Shown here piece after piece: positions 46,933 to 55,763 of a stretch of DNA of 64,000 bases. The position numbers and the translations under genes are program-made. This stretch comes from Candidatus Nanopelagicales bacterium (GTDB lineage Bacteria; Actinomycetota; Actinomycetes; S36-B12; GCA-2699445). The notes below the pieces were generated by a model. That model was not told the DNA's origin, did not search any database, and saw only the letters and a program-made list of their open reading frames with translations. The stretch covers positions 139,030 through 203,029 of the forward strand of contig JBAOHO010000029.1 in assembly GCA_037045355.1 (NCBI GenBank), given 5' to 3'. Position 1 is the first letter of the stretch, and each line of letters opens with the position of its first letter.

Positions 46933-48152
46933 ATGACTCACCGCACCCACGCCTTCGCCATTGCCGTCGCCACCACCATAGCCGTCCTGCTGGGCGGTTT
47001 CTTGGTTCCCGGAGCTGCCGATGCCGCTCCGTCGAAGCGTAAGCCGCGCAACACCGCCCCGGTCGTGTGCACCGACACCGCGGTGACCCCGTACGCCACG
47101 CCGCGCGCCCGTTACGCATTCACGCAACTCACGGCGGCTGGGTACTCCCCCGCGGCGGCTGCCGGGGTCGTGGGCTACCTCGACTATCGATCCGCGCTCG
47201 CGCCGATGGCCCTCGCCACCGACGGCACGGGCTACGGGATCGCGCAGTGGCCGCTTGGAGCGGTGGCGCACCCTGGTGTCGATCGCTGAGGACGAAGCCG
47301 GTAACCGCTGGAGTCCCAAGCGACAGATCGAGTTCCTCATCACCGAGATGGCGACGAATCCGGTCTCTTTCGACAGTGAGGGCTTCAAGACACTCACCGA
47401 TGCGGGTGACGCAGCCAAGGTGTTCGAGCGCACGTTCAACCCCACCCCGAACACCAATCCTGTGGCCCTGAGCAGCAAGGCACAGGAGTGGTTCACCATT
47501 CTCAGCGCCCTTCCCAGCACCGACATCGAACCGGGTTTGACGAACGGCATCCAGGTGCCATGCGTGCCCACCGGCGTCAGCGTCGATCAATGCCCGATGG
47601 TGCCGCGCTCGTTCAAGCGCAACTTCGCGAACTACACCGGATACTCCTGGGATCGGCTGAACATCAACACCCAGCGCATGTCCCGCTGCGTGTACGTCAA
47701 CTTCCCCTACATCACCGCACACGGGACCTACGGCGGACACAGTGCCGGTGTGGAAACAGGCTCTCGACTTCTTCGTGCCCAGCAGCTGCAGCAATGCCGG
47801 CGGCTCCCACACGAACGACCCCAACGATGTCCTTGTCGGTGACCGGCTCACCCGCTACTTGATCGACAACGCCTCGCGAATCGGCGTCGACTACGTGATC
47901 TGGCAGGACAGCATCCGCAACCCCCGCGAGCACGCCGGCGAATCCGTGTGGCAGCCCCTGAAGTATTGGCGGCAGGACAACTACAACAACGGGGACTGCG
48001 TCAACACCCACTTCGATCATGTGCACGCCAGCGTGTATGCGGGAGTCGGCAACTTCGGCAAGCGCACTCGTGGCTACGACACCGGCAAGAACTGGGGCTA
48101 CGCCCACAGTGACCTGACCCCGGGTCTGAACCCCGACGGCAAGCCGTGGTGA
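46933..48152 (+). pseudogene. secreted cell-wall-hydrolase-like protein (phage-tail-lysozyme-like N-domain + ARB-07466-like C-domain), two frame shifts
   Basis: Signal peptide MTHRTHAFAIAVATTIAVLLGGFLVPGAADA. The sequence is readable in three frames. In order: ...GYGIAQWP; then LERWRTLVSIAEDEAGNRWSPKRQIEFLITEM...TYGGH; then VWKQALDFFVPSS...GVDYVIWQDSIRNP...NTHFDHVHASVY. Junctions are near 47258 and 47745. Domain names are from memory. Confidence 0.6.
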
Positions 48153-48318
48153 CCTGTCTGAATCGCTGAGCGATCTCTCGGGGAGTGAACTCCCAGTTGG
48201 GCGCGCGACGAGCGACCGACCTGGTTGGCCCTCACCGGGCCCCGGTCGGTCGCTTGGCGCGTCCACCGCGCCTGAGCGTTCCGAGCGCCCCTAGGATGCG
48301 GGGAACGAAGGAGACCCC

Positions 48319-48726
48319 ATGATCCACCCCCGTTTGGCACTCGGATTGGCCGGTAGCGTCATCGCACTCGCAGGCTTGACCGCATGCTCCTCCACGAGCA
48401 GCACGACAACCGCCAGTTCCGCGCCCGCCACCAGCGCCGCAGCGCCTACGGCAGCGCCCACCATCGCGGAGCCCACCACCGCATCGGGGTACTCCGCGGA
48501 GACCGAGAAGAACTTCGTCGACGCCTGCACCACGCAGGCTGCTGCCGGGGGCATGACGCAAGCCGCCGCGAAGTCCCTGTGCGGCTGCTGGTACCGAGGC
48601 ATCGAGCAGACCGTGCCCTTCGAGGACTTCCTGGCCGCCGACCAAGACGCCGCGACCGGTGCGCCAGTCCCCGATGACATGATCAAGATCGGCGAGCAGT
48701 GTGAGTCGAACCCGTCGGTGTTCTGA
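48319..48726 (+). CDS. lipoprotein, function unknown
   Basis: Lipobox ...GSVIALAGLTACSS, then an S/T/A-rich tether and a 4-Cys domain of about 75 aa. Confidence 0.6.
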   Translation: MIHPRLALGLAGSVIALAGLTACSSTSSTTTASSAPATSAAAPTAAPTIAEPTTASGYSAETEKNFVDACTTQAAAGGMTQAAAKSLCGCWYRGIEQTVPFEDFLAADQDAATGAPVPDDMIKIGEQCESNPSVF

Positions 48727-48925
48727 CCGGCAGACCATGGGGGGCGCCCTCACACGAAGTCCGAACTTCGGTGAACTGACGGGAACCACCCGATCAGCGG
48801 TGCGGTGGGCGCGTTGCGCAACCGAGGATCACCGGTGATGGCCCATGGCGCCGTCGCTGGATTCGAACAGTGATCACGGCGGCGCGGGTCATCACCAGTC
48901 GGGGGCTGAGCCCGGACGACAAACG

Positions 48926-50363
48926 TCAGGAGCCAGGGCCGGCGAACATGACGGCGCGTTGCTCGGGCTCGGCTGTCACCAAGGTGACGTCCGCCTTCGT
49001 CCCCACGACAAGATCGCCCCGTGCTTTGGCCCGCACACCTGGGTCGGCAATGACGATCGAGAATATGTTCCGCTTGTCGCGATCCACCACCGCTGCGGGA
49101 AACACCTCTCCGACCCGATCGGCCAGGAGCACTGCTTCGACGAGGTTGATGGACTCTCGCTCCAGCGCCCGAGCCGTACGGGTCGCGGACGCCATGAGAT
49201 CAGGCAGTTCAGCCAGGGCCTCGGTGACCCAGCCCGCGGGTTCCTGGCCCGCGGACACGCTCAGCGCGACTTCGGTCCCGAACCTGTCCACGAGCCGCCG
49301 CAGCGGTGCTGTGACATGGGCGTAAGGGGCCGCCACTGCGGCGTGTGTCGACAACTCCGGTTCGGAGCCCATGAACGCGGTGTAACCTGCCCCGCGCAGC
49401 AGCGTTGTCGCCAGCGACAGGAAGGCCAGGTGACTCGGTTCCCGGGGATCTGCTCCCCGGATCAGCTCCGCGTAGGATCCCTCGGTCGGCCAGCGGAGGC
49501 CAAGCGCTGCGGCAGTCCGGCGGACCCTCGCAAGGTCCTGCGGGTGAGGCGGCGGCATCGTCCGGAGAATGCCCACACCGCCGGACAGCATCAGATCGGC
49601 CGCAGCCATCCCCGTCATCAGGGAGATCTGGGCGTTCCAGCCCTCCACCGGCAGTGGCGCGCGGAACGATAGGTGCCAGGATTCCCCATCGAAGGTCACC
49701 TCCTGCTCGGGTACCGGCAGATCGACTCCCCCGCGGGCGCGCTCCAACTCCTGGCGCAACCAGCCCACAGTCACGCAACCCTGTGAGGATCTCGTCCGCG
49801 GTTCCGTCATCCAATCGGGTCTGGACTTCGCCGTAGGACAACTGCGCTCGGGACCGGACCACAGCTCGTGTGACCGAGACATCGATGGGGGCAGCGTCGG
49901 CGTCGAGGCGGAAGTCCCACAGCGCCGCCGGGCGGTCTTGGCCCGGGAGCAGACTGGCTGCCCCCTCCGCCAACGTCACCGGGTGGAGCGGCACTCGACC
50001 GTCGGGTGCGTACAACGTGAGTCCACGCCGCCGCGCCTCAGCGTCGATCACTCCACCAGCGCTGACGAAATGGGCGACGTCCGCGATGGCGTATCGAACC
50101 CGCCAGCCGGTCCCACTGCGCTCGACGTGGACAGCCTGATCCAAGTCGACCGAGCCTTCCGGGTCGATAGTGACCAGCGGGACATCGGTCGCGTCACGGG
50201 CCTCTTGCCCCGATTGAACGTGCCGGTGTGACGCCGCTAATGCCGCTGCCGCGACATCGGCCGGGAAGTCCGAGGGAATCTGGAGCTCTGTACGAACCTC
50301 CCGCAGCCCGGCCCGCACGCGGCCATCCTGTCGATCCGCGAGACGAACCTGTCGCGTGGTCAT
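48926..50363 (-). pseudogene. RNB-domain (RNase II/R family) ribonuclease, one frame shift near 49765-49775
   Basis: The 384-aa ORF contains ...PLVTIDPEGSVDLDQAVHVERSGTGWRVRYAIADVAHFV...RGLTLYAPDGRVPLHP.... The 318-aa ORF contains ...VGWLRQELERARGGVDLPVPEQEV...YAHVTAPLRRLVDRF.... Together they form one RNB protein. The junction reads ...ADEILTGLR | VGWLRQ.... Confidence 0.75.
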
Positions 50364-50400
50364 TACCCCACCTTGGCAGAGCAGCCGCGACCGTGCCCGA

Positions 50401-51084
50401 TCACGGCAACAGGATGCAGCCGCATTCCTCGCAGTATCGGATCTCGTCCTCCGGGGCGGAACGCAGGGCGTCGAGATCGCCGGGCGGAAGCTCCAGGCGA
50501 CAACCTCCGCACTGGGTCCCGACGAGTTGTGCCGCCGCCACAGGCGTATCGCGGCGGATGCGCTCGTAACGTTCCACGAGTGCCGGGTCCAGGCGCGCGG
50601 TCAGAGCCGACCGCTGCTCGGTGAGCCGACCCGTCTTGCTCCGGCTGTCGTCGGCCACCGCCTCGTAGTCGACACGGGCGTCGGACACCAATCCTGCGAT
50701 TTCGCCGGCGCGCTCCTGCAGCCGGACCAGCCGGGCAGCGATCCGCTCCTGCTCGGCGAGCATCTCCAACTCGGCATCCTCGAGTTCCGTCAACCGGCGC
50801 TCCAGGGAACCCAACTCGTGCTCAAGTTCGCGCTGGACCTTGGCCGAAGCACCCGAGTTCGCCATCTCGAGGTCACGGGCCAGTCGTGCCCGGACTCGCT
50901 CGATCTCGGTTTCGGCACGATCGATGGCCCTTTTGAGGTCCGACTCGGCGATCTCTGCCTCGACTGCCGCTCGTTGCACGTCGTCTCGTTGCGCCTCGAG
51001 CTCTTTCACCTGGTTGGCCTGCTGTCGCTGGGCAGTGGCGCGCCGCAGCCGATTCAGTTCGGTGTCGATGGCCTGGAGGTCCAA
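50401..51084 (-). CDS. coiled-coil / C4 zinc-ribbon protein (DUF164-like, Rv2229c-like); the true start is probably ATG 51118, separated by a frame shift
   Basis: 227-aa ORF (TTG start) with long heptad-like repeats and a C-terminal CGGC...CEECGCIL ribbon. ATG 51118 overlaps the Nif3 stop (ATGA). After removing one G from cccGgaac (about 51100) it would read MKARPEQRALLLDLQAIDTELN.... Confidence 0.8.
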   Translation of the reverse strand: MDLQAIDTELNRLRRATAQRQQANQVKELEAQRDDVQRAAVEAEIAESDLKRAIDRAETEIERVRARLARDLEMANSGASAKVQRELEHELGSLERRLTELEDAELEMLAEQERIAARLVRLQERAGEIAGLVSDARVDYEAVADDSRSKTGRLTEQRSALTARLDPALVERYERIRRDTPVAAAQLVGTQCGGCRLELPPGDLDALRSAPEDEIRYCEECGCILLP

Positions 51085-51114
51085 CAGCAGTGCCCGCTGT
51101 TCCGGGACGTGCCT

Positions 51115-52275
51115 TCATGATGATCTCCCGACAGTGGCGACGTGTCCGGCCCACGGATCTGTGTTGCGCGGATTGGCAGCGGCCGACACTGCCAGCCCTT
51201 CGGCAGCGGCATCGGCGACCAGTTGGTCCGCCCACGCCGACAGCCACAAGGCCTCGCCAGAGGCATGCGGGATGTCGACAACAGCCACATCGTTGTCCGC
51301 GATGAAGTCGCTGACGGGGTGGTGGCGCAGGTCGCTGGTGACGAACGCATCAACCCCTGCGGTGGCCACGTCCTCGAACAGTGAGTCCCCCGCGCCGCCG
51401 CACACCGCGACCCGGTGCACCTGACGACGCGGATCACCGGCGAACTTCACTCCGGAGTGATTGGGCGGCAGAGTCGGCCGCCAACTGCTGCACAAATGTC
51501 AGCAAGTCGGTCGCCGGGACGTCTCCGACACGACCGAGTCCGGTCGGACTGGGCAGAGCCACACTGTCGACCACCGAGAAGGCCGGCTCCTCGTAGGGGT
51601 GCGCCGCCCGCAAAGCGGTGATCGCGTCGTCGAGGCGCGACCGGGGCACGACCATCTCGAGGCGATCCTCGGCGACGTGCTCAAGCTGTCCCACGCTGCC
51701 CATCCGCGGATCGGCGCCGGGCATCGGCTGAAACTGGCCGGTCCCGGCAACCCAGAACGCGCAATGGTCGTAGTGACCGATCCGACCCGCACCCGCATCG
51801 GACAGCGCCAGAGCCACTCGATCGGGTGTATGTCGCCGGAACGTGCACCACGACACGCACCGGCCCGGGTTCGAGACGAGCCCGCAGGGGGACACGTTCA
51901 GAAGCCATCCCCACAGCGTCGGCCAGTGCGTCGTTGACACCACCGGGCGCCTGGTCGGCGTTGGTGTGCATCGTGATGAGGGCGCAGTCCGCCTTGACCA
52001 AGGCGGCCAGAGCCCGGCCCCGGCTACTTGTTTCTGCGATCGAATGCACCCCGCGGAGCAGGAGGGGATGATGGGTCACCAGCAGATCGGTACCCGCAGG
52101 CCACAGCATCCGCAATGACGTCAGGGCGCGGATCCACCGCGAACATCGCTGTTGCCACTCTGGCCGTCGGCTCCCCGACGACGAGTCCGACACGATCCCA
52201 GTCCTCCGCCGTCGCCGGGTCGGCGCGCCGGTCGAGCAGAGCGAGGACCTGTGACAAGGTGGGGATCTCGGACAC
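51115..52275 (-). pseudogene. Nif3-like dinuclear metal centre protein (GTP cyclohydrolase 1 type 2 family), three frame shifts
   Basis: The sequence is readable in four minus-strand frames. In order: MSEIPTLSQVLALLDRRADPATAEDWDRVGLVVGEP...; then ...GTDLLVTHHPLLLRGVHS...ALITMHTNADQAPGGVNDALA...; then ...GRIGHYDHCAFWVAGTGQFQP...HPYEEPAF...; then ...HRVAVCGGAGDSLFEDVATAGVDAFVTSDLRHHP.... Confidence 0.8.
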
Positions 52276-52326
52276 ACTCGCAGACTAACCAAGTCCTCCG
52301 TCGGACCCCCAGCGCAGGATTCACCC

Positions 52327-53154
52327 ATGATCGAACGCATCGCCAAACTGCTCAACAAGGCCGAGCGCTCCGCCACCCCGGAAGAAGCCCAGCTGTACTT
52401 CGACAAGGCCCAGGCCTTGGCCACCGCTCACTCCATTTCGCTGGCACGGGCCCGCCTGCAGCACCCCGGTGACGTCCGGGCCCCCCAACCCGTCAACCGC
52501 ACCATCCGAATCGGTGAGCCGCGGCGCCACGCCAATCGGCACCTCATCGCGTTGATGGCCGCCGTCGCCTCCGTCAACGGCCTGCGCGTCGACATCGCGC
52601 ACAACTCCACTTATGTGATCGCCTACGGTTTCCCGGATGACATCGACGCCGCCGAACAACTGTGGAGTCACATCGCCACGCAGATGATTCGTTTCGGCGA
52701 GCAGTACCTGGCGACCGACACCTGGCGCAGCGACGAACGGATCGTGGTGCGTGCCGGGTGGGGTCACGTTCGACCGATGACGAAGCAGACGGCCCGGGCC
52801 ACCTACTACGCGTCATTCATCGACACGATTCGCCTGCGGCTGGCCGAGGCCCACGACCGCGCGGTGCAACGCGCCGACGAGCAGGCGGTCTCCGACCGGT
52901 CCTTAGCCTCGGAGTCCTCGGGATCCGAGTCCGTCGGATCCGAGGCGGGAGCCGCACTCGCGCTCCGGGCCAAGGACGAAGCCGTCGGTTCCTTCTACCG
53001 GCAGTCGTCCACAGCTCGCGGCACCTGGACGGGGGGCTCCAGCGTGATCGGTCGCTCCCGCTCGGCATCGGCCGCGGGTTCCCGCGATGCGCACGCGGTC
53101 CGTCTCGGGTCGGCCACGCAGGTGGGTGGTCGACGGGCGGCCCTGCCGCAATGA
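52327..53154 (+). CDS. DUF2786 domain protein
   Basis: N-terminus MIERIAKLLNKAERSATPEEAQLYFDKAQALATAHSISLA is the hallmark DUF2786 helix pair; 275 aa. Confidence 0.75.
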   Translation: MIERIAKLLNKAERSATPEEAQLYFDKAQALATAHSISLARARLQHPGDVRAPQPVNRTIRIGEPRRHANRHLIALMAAVASVNGLRVDIAHNSTYVIAYGFPDDIDAAEQLWSHIATQMIRFGEQYLATDTWRSDERIVVRAGWGHVRPMTKQTARATYYASFIDTIRLRLAEAHDRAVQRADEQAVSDRSLASESSGSESVGSEAGAALALRAKDEAVGSFYRQSSTARGTWTGGSSVIGRSRSASAAGSRDAHAVRLGSATQVGGRRAALPQ

Positions 53155-53663
53155 ACGCGCCCCGGGACACCTCCCGTGCCGGTGTCTACTCCGCGGAGGA
53201 CCAAGTCATCGCAGTGCTCGACCGCGGTGGTGTGGTCGATTTCCATGGATCCACCTTCGATGTGCCACGGCAGCGCCGCTTCGGCGATCTCACGGCGGCG
53301 AGTGCCTACCTGAACGCGGTACGCCGATGTTCCTGGGGATACTCGGACACTCCAGCACCGAACCTGCGCCACCGTCGGGGTCCGGGACGCGCTCACTGGA
53401 TGGCGCCGGACACCATCGCCCTGCCACAAGATGCCGCTTGGGCCATGACCGAACTTGTCCTGCTGCACGAGTACGCCCACCACGTGAACTGGCATCACAA
53501 CGGCAGTAGCGGCCACGATCAGGGGTATCGCGACATCATGCTCAACCTTGTGGCCGAGGCGCTCGCGCCCCAGGTCGCGACACTGCTACTGGCGGCCTAC
53601 CACTCCGCCGGGGCCTGGGGTGACAACCCGGCCACCCCGACATCGCCGCCCACGCTCACGTGA
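53151..53663 (+). CDS. putative zinc metallohydrolase (HEYAH motif; TIGR04338-like)
   Basis: ATG 53151 overlaps the preceding stop (ATGA); 170 aa with ...ELVLLHEYAHHVNWHH.... The family name is recalled from similar actinobacterial gene pairs and is unverified. Confidence 0.6.
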   Translation: MNAPRDTSRAGVYSAEDQVIAVLDRGGVVDFHGSTFDVPRQRRFGDLTAASAYLNAVRRCSWGYSDTPAPNLRHRRGPGRAHWMAPDTIALPQDAAWAMTELVLLHEYAHHVNWHHNGSSGHDQGYRDIMLNLVAEALAPQVATLLLAAYHSAGAWGDNPATPTSPPTLT

Positions 53664-53679
53664 ATCGAGGGATCCTGAC

Positions 53680-54645
53680 ATGCCTGGAGAACGTCGAACT
53701 CCCATGACGAACCTTCGGATCGCAGCGGCCAGCGTGGCCGTCCTGGCTGTGCTCACCGGCTGCTCGACCGCCACATCGGGAAGCTCGGCACCAGCGGAGA
53801 ACTCCGCACCCCTGGTGGCTCCCACCACGGCCGACCGGTCAACGGACCAGGCGGGCAACAATCCTGCGGCCAACAGTCAGCAGGTGGACCGTGAAGTCAT
53901 CCGTACTGCTCGGTTCACCGTGGTCGTCGAAGACACCGAGGCCTCAGCTGCGACACTTACCCGCATCACGGACGACGCCGAGGGTTACGTGCAAAGCGTC
54001 GACACCGGCAACGGTGATGGCGGGTGCACGCCCGAGCGGCCGTGCACGTTGCTTCCCGACGACCGGCAGAGCCCACTCGGTGTGACGACCATCGTCCTGC
54101 GAGTCCCCGCATCCGCCTACGACGGCACTGTTGCCCAGATCGGAGAACTCGGCGAGGTGGTCGCCGTCGATGTCACCGCCGACGATGTCACCGGACAGGT
54201 CACCGACCTCGACGCCCGCATCGATGCCCAACGCGCGAGTGTCGCCCGGGTGCAACAACTGATGAAGCAGGCCAACAACCTCTCTGAAGTCGTGCAGATC
54301 GAGAAGGAGCTCTCCGATCGTCAGGCCGAGCTGGAGTCACTGCTCGCGCAACGTGCGCAACTCGCTGATGCCGTTGCCCTGGCCACGATCACCGTTGCTC
54401 TGGTCCCCACCGATCTGCAAAGCGAGGTCACACCACAGGACCCACATTGGTGGGACGCCCCAGCAGCGGCGTTCACCCAGTCGTGGCAGGTACTGCTCGT
54501 GACGGCCGCTGCACTGTCACCACTACTCATCGCGGCAGTCATCATCGGAGGACTTGTGATGTGGTTCGTGCGACGTCGGCGCCGCACCCATGCCAAGTGG
54601 CCGGCACCCGAACAGCCACCGGTATCCCCCGGTGACGAGCCCTGA
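53680..54645 (+). CDS. DUF4349 domain lipoprotein
   Basis: ATG 53680 (or 53704). Lipobox AVLAVLTGCS. It has a coiled-coil core ...DVTGQVTDLDARIDAQRASVARVQQLMKQANNLSEVVQIEKELSDRQAELESL... and a C-terminal TM helix, the typical DUF4349 layout. Confidence 0.75.
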   Translation: MPGERRTPMTNLRIAAASVAVLAVLTGCSTATSGSSAPAENSAPLVAPTTADRSTDQAGNNPAANSQQVDREVIRTARFTVVVEDTEASAATLTRITDDAEGYVQSVDTGNGDGGCTPERPCTLLPDDRQSPLGVTTIVLRVPASAYDGTVAQIGELGEVVAVDVTADDVTGQVTDLDARIDAQRASVARVQQLMKQANNLSEVVQIEKELSDRQAELESLLAQRAQLADAVALATITVALVPTDLQSEVTPQDPHWWDAPAAAFTQSWQVLLVTAAALSPLLIAAVIIGGLVMWFVRRRRRTHAKWPAPEQPPVSPGDEP

Positions 54646-54712
54646 GCCCTGAGCCGTATCGCGAGCCCGGTCCAGCCAGCCTCATGCCGGAGCTCACAGT
54701 TGCGAGCCGAGG

Positions 54713-55561
54713 TCAGGATCGCGCGGCAAGCACCTCGTCGAGCGTCACGAAACCGTACCCGGCCGCCTTCAGTTTCGAGAGCGTTCGGGGCAGGGCCTTC
54801 GCGTCGAGGGTGCTGCCATCGTCGGGATTCGAACCCAGATGCATCATCATGATCGCGCCCGGCCGCGCCCCGGCCATGACCTTGCGGGTGACTGACCGAA
54901 CTGACTGACCACCGCTGGTACCCATCCACCCCAGGGTGTCGACAGTCCAACCCATCACGGCGTATCCCAGATCATTTGCTGTCCGTACCGCCGCTTGGTC
55001 GTAGCTGCCGAAAGGGAACCGGAACCACGGAGCCGGAGTACGTCCCGTGATCGCCGTGATCTGCCGTCCCGCGGTACGGATCTGCCGCACCCGTTGCCGC
55101 GTGCTGAGGTCCTGGAAGTCAGGGTGGTTGACGCTGTGGTTGGCGACCCGGTGTCCGGCGGCCACGATGCGACGCATCTCGGCACGGTGACCACGCGCGA
55201 AATCGCCGGTGACGAAGAATGTGGCGGCCACATCGTGTCGACTCAAGGACCGCAGGATCGGGCGCACGCCGGCAGCATTTGCACCGCCGTCGAACGTCAT
55301 GGCGACGACTTTGCGGTGCGTCGGCAGTCGGGTAAGACTCCGCCCCGTCCACCGTTCCGGGAGGCGACCGACTGTCATCGAGTCCGACAGGACCTTGGCC
55401 GCCTGGAGTCCTGCTGAGACACCCACGGTGTTCACTGCCCCCTGAGCATGGGGCGTACCGGCGATCACCGCCACCGTGACAGCGGGAGCGATCACCAGGG
55501 CAGCGGGATTGAATCTGAGCACATCACCATCATGGCCCGACCGCCCTCGGCAGTCAGCCAC
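54713..55561 (-). CDS. secreted polysaccharide deacetylase (NodB homology domain)
   Basis: Contains ...VAMTFDGGANA..., ...ATFFVTG..., ...HRVANHSVNHPD... and ...GAIMMMHLG..., with a signal-like N-terminus. The start is uncertain (55561 or an internal GTG). Confidence 0.85.
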   Translation of the reverse strand: MADCRGRSGHDGDVLRFNPAALVIAPAVTVAVIAGTPHAQGAVNTVGVSAGLQAAKVLSDSMTVGRLPERWTGRSLTRLPTHRKVVAMTFDGGANAAGVRPILRSLSRHDVAATFFVTGDFARGHRAEMRRIVAAGHRVANHSVNHPDFQDLSTRQRVRQIRTAGRQITAITGRTPAPWFRFPFGSYDQAAVRTANDLGYAVMGWTVDTLGWMGTSGGQSVRSVTRKVMAGARPGAIMMMHLGSNPDDGSTLDAKALPRTLSKLKAAGYGFVTLDEVLAARS

Positions 55562-55763
55562 ATCGGTTCACTCCGGTCGTCACCCATCCCGTCGGACCAC
55601 GCGGTGCGGCCACAACCGATCGGATACCTGACCGCCGAGCCAGACACAGTCGTCCGATGGAGGCATCGACGCGGCCATCAATGCCGGACACGTCCGCATC
55701 CCACTGCACACTCCCGCGTGCCGATGGGTCGACAATGTAACTGGACCGCAGAGAGGACGACTA

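Noticed and set aside
46933-48152. Prophage remnant, suggested by the phage-tail-lysozyme-like domain
   Set aside because: No integrase, capsid, tail, terminase or repressor genes and no att-like repeats are in the flanks. A single domesticated hydrolase gene is more likely.
54824-54836. tRNA T-arm-like GGGATTCGAACCC (also GGATTCGAAC at 48859-48868)
   Set aside because: I tried to fold both as minus-strand tRNAs. The acceptor and T stems do not pair. The first lies inside the polysaccharide deacetylase coding frame (…MMMHLGSNPDDG…).
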